Of a stretch of DNA of 64,000 nucleotides, positions 27,160 through 35,551 are shown in pieces. The stretch is from positions 1 through 64,000 of the IMG/VR virus record IMGVR_UViG_3300049827_000271; one strand, written 5' to 3'. The stretch is from a virus. Every line of letters begins with the position of its first letter. Position 1 is the stretch's first letter. Below the pieces are notes generated by a model. That model was not told the DNA's origin. It searched no databases and saw nothing but the letters and a program-made list of their open reading frames with translations. A program made the position numbers and the translations under genes.

Positions 27160-29277
27160 TCACTGCCTGCGAGCCAGCAGCGTTGCTCCAGACACCATAC
27201 ACGATCCACCGAGGGCTGGCAACAAATTGGATTTCAGGTCCGACTGGTTGGAGAGCCTTCCGATCACCAGTTCAAAGTAGAGGTAGCGGCCCGAGGCGTA
27301 GAGTTCCCACTGGGTCGCGCTGATATTTGGACTCAGGTTGCGCGCCATGTACTCGGCCCCGCGCATGAGTTGCGGGCACTTCAGGTACTTGCGCTGCTCC
27401 CTCTGCCAGACGACCGCGCAGGCATCGGCCTCCAGCGGATTGACCGGAACGCCGTGTCCACCGATCTGCATGGCCGGGTCAACCGGGGAGTATGACTGTC
27501 CCACCCGCAGGCTGACCACGCACGGATCAATCTGGGCCTCCGGTAGCTGGTCCAGGATAAATCCGTGCAAGATGGTCTGCGTGTCCGCAAACGAGATCGG
27601 GCCGCTGGCCATGATCGAGTAGTAGCCGCGTGATTCAAAGTGGCCTACGAACGCGGTATAGTTTCCATCGCCATCCAGATCATCCGCCGTCCGCTCGGTT
27701 AGGAAGTTGGTGCAGGAATCGTACGCATACACGTCGTCAATCTGCTTCAGGCACCAGTCTTCGGCATGTGCGAAAATGAACAACTGCTTCTCGTTGCACG
27801 ACCCGCACAGGTCGTCCGTCCGCAGGTTCATCCGGGAGGCGGCTGATCCAATGTCCGGCTCCACCTGAGTCCAGTCCTCCGTCTCCAAGCCATCAATGGT
27901 CACTGTGTCTGCCGTCAGGAACACGGAGGGCGGATTGTCCGTGCATCCGCCACACCGGAAGAGCGCCTCCTTCTGCATGGACTCCTTCAAATCGTTGGTG
28001 GAGCAAATGCAGTTTCCCAGCAGCCAGTCGCGGAAGGTGGAGCGCGGGTCGCGCCGAAAAATCCCGTAACAGGATGCGGCGAAGTCACGCTCGTACACGT
28101 TCCGGTGAACCATGTCGAAGACCAATGTGCGGCTCGGCTGGCTGTGGCCAATCTCCGTCCATGACAGATAGATTTCCTTCGTCTCCGGGTGGTAGCCGGC
28201 GACGTGCGGCTCGCACTGCTCGGTGTCAATGCTGTCGAAGATCATCTTGCTCGCCAGGTGCATCCACTCCTCGCGCCGTGGGATCATGTCGTAAAACGGA
28301 TTCAGCGAGTAGATGCCATCGCGGGAGGCCCACACCAATTCCTCACCCGTGGATACCAAGGTGTTTGGATAGGCCAGGCAGCGGTCCCCCTTCGTCGATT
28401 CATAGACGATGGCGAACTCGATGGGCTGGTCCGCGTTCCCGGTCGCAGTCCCCCTCCAGATGCGCTGGTTGGTATAGACCACGAGCGCCTCACCAAAGGT
28501 GATCAGGCGGATGACCCGCTCGTAACTGTTGAGCATTTGTTCATCGGCCAGTGACGCCCCGGTCGTCGAGTCGATCTGGGCCGGGTCAAACTGGGTGGGC
28601 GCAAACCTGCCGCTCCAAACGATGGCGTTCTGCGTGTAAGCCCCTCCAATCGTGATCCCGCCCAATATGATGATGTCCTTGAACGCGCAGATGGTCTGGG
28701 CTTTCTCCAAGTCGATGGCATCCAAGTCCGGGATGGGCTTGAGCGCAATCCCGGTCGCTGGATCAATCGGGTCGTCCAACGTGTAGGACATGGGTTTGTC
28801 CACCCCGTTGGTGAAGACGATGGTGTCCAGCACTTGGGCGCACTGCCAGCGCACATCCAATCCAAATGCGTCCGTGACACCCATGCCATCGGCGAGCACG
28901 CGCCAAGCCCCGGTGGACTCATTGAGTTGGTAGATGCGCGACTTGGTGCCGACAATCAGGTAACGGCTTCCGCTTGTGCTCACCGCCTCGTAGATCAGGG
29001 TTATCGGTTCCCGAACACTCCCCGCCTGGCACAGCGGAAGAAGCTGATCATGCAGGTCTTGGTCATTGTAGTCCGCGTCGGCCCCGCCTTGGCAGTCGTA
29101 GCCGTATTCTCCGTAGAGCAGCCGGCGGTATCCGCGTGCCCGGCGCAGCTTGTTCGTATCCGGTGTCCAGAAGTTCAGGCGGCGGCGCCAAGAGCCAAAG
29201 GCCAGCAGGTCCGGTGGGGTCCGGACATCCAGCGGCCCGGTCCAAGGCTTGAGCGGAATGGGTTTGCGCAGGCTCAT
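27160..29277 (-). CDS. Tail nozzle / packaged-DNA stabilisation protein (beta-propeller type)
   Basis: 705 aa, beta-rich; IVFTNGVDKP, IVWSG, LVWASRDGIY; typical podovirus position. Confidence 0.7.
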   Translation of the reverse strand: MSLRKPIPLKPWTGPLDVRTPPDLLAFGSWRRRLNFWTPDTNKLRRARGYRRLLYGEYGYDCQGGADADYNDQDLHDQLLPLCQAGSVREPITLIYEAVSTSGSRYLIVGTKSRIYQLNESTGAWRVLADGMGVTDAFGLDVRWQCAQVLDTIVFTNGVDKPMSYTLDDPIDPATGIALKPIPDLDAIDLEKAQTICAFKDIIILGGITIGGAYTQNAIVWSGRFAPTQFDPAQIDSTTGASLADEQMLNSYERVIRLITFGEALVVYTNQRIWRGTATGNADQPIEFAIVYESTKGDRCLAYPNTLVSTGEELVWASRDGIYSLNPFYDMIPRREEWMHLASKMIFDSIDTEQCEPHVAGYHPETKEIYLSWTEIGHSQPSRTLVFDMVHRNVYERDFAASCYGIFRRDPRSTFRDWLLGNCICSTNDLKESMQKEALFRCGGCTDNPPSVFLTADTVTIDGLETEDWTQVEPDIGSAASRMNLRTDDLCGSCNEKQLFIFAHAEDWCLKQIDDVYAYDSCTNFLTERTADDLDGDGNYTAFVGHFESRGYYSIMASGPISFADTQTILHGFILDQLPEAQIDPCVVSLRVGQSYSPVDPAMQIGGHGVPVNPLEADACAVVWQREQRKYLKCPQLMRGAEYMARNLSPNISATQWELYASGRYLYFELVIGRLSNQSDLKSNLLPALGGSCMVSGATLLARRQ

Positions 29278-29280
29278 AGG

Positions 29281-31197
29281 CTATCGGGTGGTGCATTGAT
29301 GGAACTTGGCGACCGTAATCGGCCCTTCGGTCCCGTCCGGGGCCACGGTGGACACACCCACATTCCAATCACGGCAGCCGTGACAGCCGACACCGCAGTC
29401 CGCCTCGGTATGCAGGTTTTCGTACCACGTCGAATCCAAGGCATAGGATACGGTCCCTCCAGCCAAAGATGGGGCGGCAATTTCATCAACCCTGTTATTC
29501 GACGGATTGCTGTCCTTGTACCCGCGGTAGATGCGGTAGCGCAGCGCGTAATCCACATGCGGCCAACTGACGGTCGCCGCGTTGTTGTCCACGGTCAGAA
29601 CTGGAGCGGAGGCGGGAGACGGATACGGAGCTATCACTGGGAATCCAGGCGATCTTCCGAAATTATCGCTCAGTCTGATTTCTGTTCCATCAGCGAAGAA
29701 CCCTACAATCTTCAACGATATATTCTGCGCTAATCCAATAGTAAACGAGTTAGGCTGACCGGGTATCGCAAATGCGTTGATCATGTTTGATGGAAGTTTA
29801 ACACCCATTATTCCAGATATGCCTAATTCACATGGATTATTCGAGCTCGGACTGTAACCATTGTGAACCGCGTCACTGGTATCAGCCAAAACTTGCGTGG
29901 TGCCATCCATCTTTCTCCAGAGTAACTGGTAGTAACTGCATCCAACGCAATACGGACATCCAGTTCCATTGTAGAACAGCAAGCTGGCAAGCTCGTGCAT
30001 TGGCATTATGTAGCCAAATCCTGTAATACGCATAGTGACTGATCCGCCATCTCCGGCACCCACTTCGTAATCTCCAGGTCGCATAATCAGCCCAGCCCAA
30101 GTCTGATGGACGTGACAACCGCTGGCTGTAGTGAACTCTATGCCAGTGAGAGCCAGCGCATCAATACGATGCGTAGTGCTCCAAGATGGCATTGCATAGT
30201 GCTCTCTCCTTTGATAGCGTATTGTCTTTACATTGACTATACCGTCGATCTCTTGCAATGTGAGAGGGAAGTATTGCCCTTCGTATCCGTACCCGTGAAT
30301 GTTCCAGTGGTTTGGGCAACCTGCGGCGTTATCTTGCGTGCATGTATCTCCAAGCACGTTTATGCGCGGGTATAATGGATGATCGTCCATCTCTCCTGGA
30401 TATGTCACGTTATCTTCACTTGCTCCAACAGATATAGGATGCGGCTCGTTACTGCCGCACCCCCAAAACGTCTGCGCGTTGTGCTTTACTGAGATTTTTG
30501 CCCCAGCGGGCAATCCTGATATTTCCCATTCAACACATTGATCAGGAGGGTTCTCGGTATCTGGGAACAGGATATTGAACTGCTTCACAATTCGGTATGA
30601 GACGTGAATCTCAAACATCTCACACAATGCCGGAATGCCATGCACAATGATCGGGTTGGAATCGGTGCAATTCACCTTGGATACAAACGCCTTGTAGTAA
30701 TAGGTGGTCCCATTAGTCAGTCCGGTGTCCGTAAACGAGAAAGACGTTCCAGCCACTGCCCCAGTATGCACAGTCGTCCACGGGCCTGTCTCAGACGACC
30801 CTCGCTGGATGGTGAACGCGTAGCCGGAGTTCAGTTGGGCCGCTGTGAACTGCACGGTCAGCGACGCATTTCCTACCGTGACACTTCCAATGAGCGTGAT
30901 CGTAGGGCAGAGCGTGTACACGCAAGGAAGCGGGCCGCCATAGTTGTCGGCAGTCGGGTCTTGGCATGTTGTTCCACCTCCACCGCCTCCGCCGTGATAC
31001 GTGCAGTCCAAGTGTGTCAAATCCTCCAAGAATGTCGTGGACGGCTTTCCGTCCTCATTCATCCAGTACTCCATGAGCTTGGCCTGCGCTTGCAAAAAAC
31101 CGCGCATGGACGGGATGGCCCGCGCGCACAACGAGGCCGGCAGGGAGAACTTGGACTTCCTGAATACGACGGGTAGGGCGGCGGGATCGAGTGGCAT
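29281..31197 (-). CDS. Tail-associated protein with FN3-like domains
   Basis: FTDTGLTNGTTYYYK; VSWPHVDYALRYRIYRG; CQDPxAxNxGGxLPCVY motif. Confidence 0.8.
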   Translation of the reverse strand: MPLDPAALPVVFRKSKFSLPASLCARAIPSMRGFLQAQAKLMEYWMNEDGKPSTTFLEDLTHLDCTYHGGGGGGGTTCQDPTADNYGGPLPCVYTLCPTITLIGSVTVGNASLTVQFTAAQLNSGYAFTIQRGSSETGPWTTVHTGAVAGTSFSFTDTGLTNGTTYYYKAFVSKVNCTDSNPIIVHGIPALCEMFEIHVSYRIVKQFNILFPDTENPPDQCVEWEISGLPAGAKISVKHNAQTFWGCGSNEPHPISVGASEDNVTYPGEMDDHPLYPRINVLGDTCTQDNAAGCPNHWNIHGYGYEGQYFPLTLQEIDGIVNVKTIRYQRREHYAMPSWSTTHRIDALALTGIEFTTASGCHVHQTWAGLIMRPGDYEVGAGDGGSVTMRITGFGYIMPMHELASLLFYNGTGCPYCVGCSYYQLLWRKMDGTTQVLADTSDAVHNGYSPSSNNPCELGISGIMGVKLPSNMINAFAIPGQPNSFTIGLAQNISLKIVGFFADGTEIRLSDNFGRSPGFPVIAPYPSPASAPVLTVDNNAATVSWPHVDYALRYRIYRGYKDSNPSNNRVDEIAAPSLAGGTVSYALDSTWYENLHTEADCGVGCHGCRDWNVGVSTVAPDGTEGPITVAKFHQCTTR

Positions 31198-31199
31198 GG

Positions 31200-32483
31200 T
31201 TAGACTCCTCTTCCTGAAAAATACAACTCAGGTGTTTGGGCGGATTCAATCCCGTACTGGTCCACGCTGGACACGGCGTAATACCGCTCAAAGACCCCGG
31301 CTGGAATTGCATAGTCGGTTCCAGACGGACCTGCGTTGTTGACCGCTGCTTGCAGTGCTTGGGCATGAGCATAGGCCCGGTTGTAAACCCGGTAGAAGAC
31401 CGCATTGGCCACGTAGGTAATGCGCAGCGTGCGTCCCGTGATGGAGATGGACGGCGCTACAATCGGCGGGGTCATCACACGCACGGCCCCGGAACGAAGC
31501 CACGGTGCCACTTCTGCGTCGCATCCCGGTTTCACAATCTTGATGTTGTAGTAGTAAGTATCTCCCGGATTTAGTCCGGTATCAATCCACGAGTAATCAG
31601 AGGGTCCGGCGTCCGGCAGGATGAATGACCCCGGATCATTCTGTGCGGTGGACCTCAAGATTGTCACCGCGTATCCCACGAACGGGACACCATTGATCTT
31701 CAACGACACCTTTCCGACTTCCGTGCTGGAGGCGGTCAGGCTGATCCCCTCGTAGGTGCATGTCACAACCGCTGTGGGTGTGGTCGGATGCTCGGTGATC
31801 ATGTCATACGTCTGGCATGGAGTTCCATTTATAGTCTGTGTTACGGAGCATTTGAAGAAGTACTCCTGCCCGTTTGTTAAGCCTGTTGCTAGATAGCTGA
31901 TACTGCTTCCCTGGGTGGTCCCGGATGTGATCTCACTCCAGTTCACAGCGTCTTCCGATTTGTAGATGGTATAAGCAAACCCGTTGAGCATGTTGTGTGA
32001 ATTAAACGTCATGCCAATGGCGGTATCCTGGGCGCTTGTAACCCATGTGTACAGTGTCAGGTCCGCGCAATTCCCGCCAAGCGTCGGCGGCTTGAAGCAA
32101 GGCAGTCCGCAGAACAGCGCTTTCATATTGTCCGAGAAGTCCCCGTTGTCTTTGAACTGCCACTCCACCTCTCCGGTAACGAAATTGATGTGCGGGATGA
32201 CCCCGCCGATCTTGGCGCAGGGGGTCTTCGGGTTGGTGGGTAGCGCGCCCTGCACCGTCGCCGTCAGGTTGCTGTTCGCCAGCGTTGAAGCATTGACCAC
32301 CGTGGCTTGGCAGATGTCTGAAGCCCAGGCATTGCTGATCTGTCCGGCGGTCTTGAACGCATACTTGTGCCAGCGCCAGTACAGGAACTGGGCGCGGAAG
32401 AACTTGATGATCACCGTCCACAGCCGGTCATTAGCCGAGGGGACGAGCGCGGTGAATTGGGATGGGCGGACTGGGGCTGGCAT
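31200..32483 (-). CDS. Tail-associated protein with tandem FN3-like domains
   Basis: ATGLTNGQEYFFK; IDTGLNPGDTYYYN; YAVSSVDQYGIES. Confidence 0.8.
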   Translation of the reverse strand: MPAPVRPSQFTALVPSANDRLWTVIIKFFRAQFLYWRWHKYAFKTAGQISNAWASDICQATVVNASTLANSNLTATVQGALPTNPKTPCAKIGGVIPHINFVTGEVEWQFKDNGDFSDNMKALFCGLPCFKPPTLGGNCADLTLYTWVTSAQDTAIGMTFNSHNMLNGFAYTIYKSEDAVNWSEITSGTTQGSSISYLATGLTNGQEYFFKCSVTQTINGTPCQTYDMITEHPTTPTAVVTCTYEGISLTASSTEVGKVSLKINGVPFVGYAVTILRSTAQNDPGSFILPDAGPSDYSWIDTGLNPGDTYYYNIKIVKPGCDAEVAPWLRSGAVRVMTPPIVAPSISITGRTLRITYVANAVFYRVYNRAYAHAQALQAAVNNAGPSGTDYAIPAGVFERYYAVSSVDQYGIESAQTPELYFSGRGV

Positions 32484-32484
32484 A

Positions 32485-32970
32485 TCAGTGTTCCATCGCT
32501 GTCGGGCGCAACTGCATCAAGACCATGCCCCTCCCATCCAGGCGACGCTGAACAGTGGTCCATCCCATGCGCTCCATGATCTCCACAATGAATTTCTCGT
32601 CCGACCTTCCGGTATCGTGCAGGGCAATCAGCCGGCATCGGTCGGCGCAGAAGAGCGCGGACGACAATCTGGCCAGCGGCCTGGCCGCCCCGGCGGGACC
32701 GTCCACAAATCCGAGGTCGTACTTTGGAAGCAGGTCTGGAATGTTCGCGCATCTGCCCGTGAACGGATGGTAGATGCACTTATTGGCCGAGGCCCCGTCC
32801 CCCAAATGCTGCTCGTTATCCTCCACGGAATCCACATGGCCGCAGACAGATGTGAAGACCTCTGTGGAATAGCCTGGGCCGAATTCCAGAACGGTCTTCA
32901 CATGATAGTGCGCGCACCACTTCCGGAGTAGTTGCTCGTCAAAATCGTCGATGGAGGATGTGGTTCTCAT
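32485..32970 (-). CDS. Class I SAM-dependent methyltransferase
   Basis: VLEFGPGYST, VDSVED, DLGFVDG, IALHD; ATGA-coupled to the GT2 gene. Confidence 0.85.
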   Translation of the reverse strand: MRTTSSIDDFDEQLLRKWCAHYHVKTVLEFGPGYSTEVFTSVCGHVDSVEDNEQHLGDGASANKCIYHPFTGRCANIPDLLPKYDLGFVDGPAGAARPLARLSSALFCADRCRLIALHDTGRSDEKFIVEIMERMGWTTVQRRLDGRGMVLMQLRPTAMEH

Positions 32971-33665
32971 GTCAGATCGTAGAATGGACCATCGGGCATA
33001 TCCTCGAATGATGCCCAAGCTGGAGTGTATTGCAGTTCAAAGTTTTGTTCGATCCTGACACAATTTACACCCATGACCGCGCCGATATTTTGCGAGCGAG
33101 ATAGCGCCGGATGAATCTCCACCATCTTGTGCTGCGCGCGGCATTCGTTCAGTCTGTAGGCGTGAACCGTCGGATCGGTTGACCACATCGGACGCGCAAG
33201 CTCAAATCGGCTCTTCCATATCCCAACGCCCCAGCAGGTGTACCATTCTCTTCGACACAGCCCGAAGAGCGAACGCGGCGTGCTCATCCTGCGGTTGTGC
33301 GCGGCGATGGAGAAGACGGACATATCTTCCGCGTATCTGTGACGGCAGTGCTCCATCATTTTGAGCATGTCAATCGCTGGAACCGTGTCGTCCTCAAGGT
33401 GGATGATGAAATCAGATTGCTCAAACCCAGCATCCCAAGCCTGCAATGTATTTGCAGAAATCCCAATCCGTTCCCGGTTGATCTTGACAACCATTTGCTT
33501 GGCGGCGCCGAACTCGGAATAAATCTTCTCTGTCTCTGCGCACCCAGGCTCAACAAAGGCTAACACCGTGTAGTCGGAAATTCCGCGACATTTCGCCAGC
33601 GCATCCAAGACGACCTTGGAATAGAACGGCCTGTTCCATGCGACCATTGTGATCACCCTGTTCAC
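32967..33665 (-). CDS. GT-A fold (GT2-like) glycosyltransferase
   Basis: VAWNRP, IHLEDD, SRSQNIG; GTGA-coupled start. Confidence 0.85.
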   Translation of the reverse strand: MNRVITMVAWNRPFYSKVVLDALAKCRGISDYTVLAFVEPGCAETEKIYSEFGAAKQMVVKINRERIGISANTLQAWDAGFEQSDFIIHLEDDTVPAIDMLKMMEHCRHRYAEDMSVFSIAAHNRRMSTPRSLFGLCRREWYTCWGVGIWKSRFELARPMWSTDPTVHAYRLNECRAQHKMVEIHPALSRSQNIGAVMGVNCVRIEQNFELQYTPAWASFEDMPDGPFYDLT

Positions 33666-35551
33666 GCGATGGCCTCCTTCACAAATTCCAGAACCTTTTC
33701 CGAATCCTCTGGGTCGTGGACGTGCAGCGCGTTTGGCCTCGGGTAGAAGCAGTGCGTCCTGCGCCACCCCTCGACAACCGTTGGGTGCATGAGTCCGTGC
33801 GCTATCGAGAGCGGGAATGACTCATTGCCAATGAACAATTTCGATCCACGAATCAGTTCAGCCAAGTCGAGGAAATTGTCCACCGCGCAATAATCCACAT
33901 ATCCGTACTGGGATTTGAATGCTGCGTGCTCTTCCGGAAGCCCGACAAACACCATATCGCATCCAAAGCGTGACACGAGCGAGCGCCAATCCAATTTCGG
34001 TGGGGTGTCGGTATAGCGGAGCGTTCGGTTGATCACGATGGGCAATGGATACGGCTTGGCTTTCGTTACCCTCAGCCACGGATTGACGTTCAAATCCTTT
34101 GGAACGTCTCCACCGAAGTACTCCCAGTAATACTCCGATAGATTATGAGGAGGCCACCTGTGGCCGCGCCGGTCCCTGATCTGGTGAAGCCAGTCCCACG
34201 CATGATCGTTAAAGATGTGGCGAAAGCGGTTGAGGTTAAACGCTTCATCGGGCGCCCTGTCTGCGTACTCGCATCCCGTGATATACGGCTGATCGCGCAG
34301 TAGTGGAATCAGCATCTCGGCCCGCTGGCGCGTCATCCTTTCGCGGACCACCGAGTTCGAGTGGGCCCCATTGCCGAAATCCGGCGATAGAACAAGCCCG
34401 CCTCCGCCTCGCGCGCGAATAAACGGAAGAGAGTAAATAATATCTCCAAGATCGCCGCTGTGCAGGAATGTGATCTCTTTCGGATGTGACGCAATGATCT
34501 CGACCTGATCAGCAGTCTTTCCGATGGCTCCGAATTCCTCCAGCACCTCTATTAGCTTGCGACCGTGGTTCTCCCATGTCAGATGCTTGACCGACTCCGA
34601 TGCCAACAGACCGAGCTTGGCCGCTTCAGGTCTGTCCTCATACACGGATCGCATCGCCTGCACGATGGATTCCGAATTCGGACACGCCCAATGCCCAAGC
34701 CCTCGGTAGTTTGCATCCGACTTTACCAGCTTAAAGTCGATCTGGTATCCTGCTCCAGAATTGAAAAATTCAGAGACGCCTCCAAAATTCACACTGATAA
34801 CCGGCCTTCCAACCGCCATCGCCTGGTGTTGCATCAGCCCCCATCCCTCAGACATTGAGGCGCTCGCAAAGCAGGTTAATCCAGAATACCAATCGGCCAT
34901 AGCGTCATCGCTTAGATACGACTGGATAACCTTGATCCTTGGATCGGAGAAGCGATCCACACGGCAATCAGGAAAGCACTTCACCCGCAGTTCCACGTCC
35001 GTCTCGCGCGGGAACGCGCGCTGAAAACAGGAGACAACCTCATTGATCCCCTTGCGAGGACCACCGTGAGAAATCCGTCCAGCAGTTCCAAACACACATT
35101 TTCCATCCATCTGCATTGGCTGAAAGTGATACTTCGATTTATCTACGCCCAATGGAACAATCCTGATCGGAGCCGTGACCCCGCAGGCTGAGAAACAACT
35201 GGCGTTCCACGCGCACGGCACGATAACAACCTCGGCTTTGTTCAACATCTGCACCGCTCCAGGCGGAAGCTGTGTGGACTCCCACATGGTAAAGTACGCA
35301 GTCTTCTTTCCTGGAGTCGGACAAAACAGCGGAGGATGAAGGAGCAATTCCCACTCCTCCGGCTGTGGTCCAGTCACAAACTTAGCCGCGATGTCAGCAG
35401 GAATTTTTGACCCAAACGGTTCCGACTTTGAGACAGGCCGAACGGACACAAAAACACCGGCTAGTCTCTGGAGGTCGCGTATGATCTGGATCGCAAGCTG
35501 CCCGTAGCCGGTGAAGGAGTTTATGGCCCCGATGAAGGTGATGCGTTTCAT
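33662..35551 (-). CDS. Two-domain glycosyltransferase (GT4-like plus GT9-like)
   Basis: TGYG, MWEST, RKG, SEGWGL..AMAVGRPVI; then HSGDLGDIIYSLP...LAELIRGSKLFIGNES. Confidence 0.88.
   Translation of the reverse strand: MKRITFIGAINSFTGYGQLAIQIIRDLQRLAGVFVSVRPVSKSEPFGSKIPADIAAKFVTGPQPEEWELLLHPPLFCPTPGKKTAYFTMWESTQLPPGAVQMLNKAEVVIVPCAWNASCFSACGVTAPIRIVPLGVDKSKYHFQPMQMDGKCVFGTAGRISHGGPRKGINEVVSCFQRAFPRETDVELRVKCFPDCRVDRFSDPRIKVIQSYLSDDAMADWYSGLTCFASASMSEGWGLMQHQAMAVGRPVISVNFGGVSEFFNSGAGYQIDFKLVKSDANYRGLGHWACPNSESIVQAMRSVYEDRPEAAKLGLLASESVKHLTWENHGRKLIEVLEEFGAIGKTADQVEIIASHPKEITFLHSGDLGDIIYSLPFIRARGGGGLVLSPDFGNGAHSNSVVRERMTRQRAEMLIPLLRDQPYITGCEYADRAPDEAFNLNRFRHIFNDHAWDWLHQIRDRRGHRWPPHNLSEYYWEYFGGDVPKDLNVNPWLRVTKAKPYPLPIVINRTLRYTDTPPKLDWRSLVSRFGCDMVFVGLPEEHAAFKSQYGYVDYCAVDNFLDLAELIRGSKLFIGNESFPLSIAHGLMHPTVVEGWRRTHCFYPRPNALHVHDPEDSEKVLEFVKEAIA

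Noticed and set aside
29274-29558. Alternative-frame ORF ending at the nozzle start (possible frameshift product)
   Set aside because: The stop arises automatically from the ATGA start of the next gene; no slippery site was seen and the main frame has a good FN3-like ending.
35063-35075. Partial palindrome matches (CACCGTGAGAAAT here, TCTCACAGGAGA near 62856, AAATCTCCCG at 63211)
   Set aside because: Only half-sites or several mismatches, at a level expected by chance.
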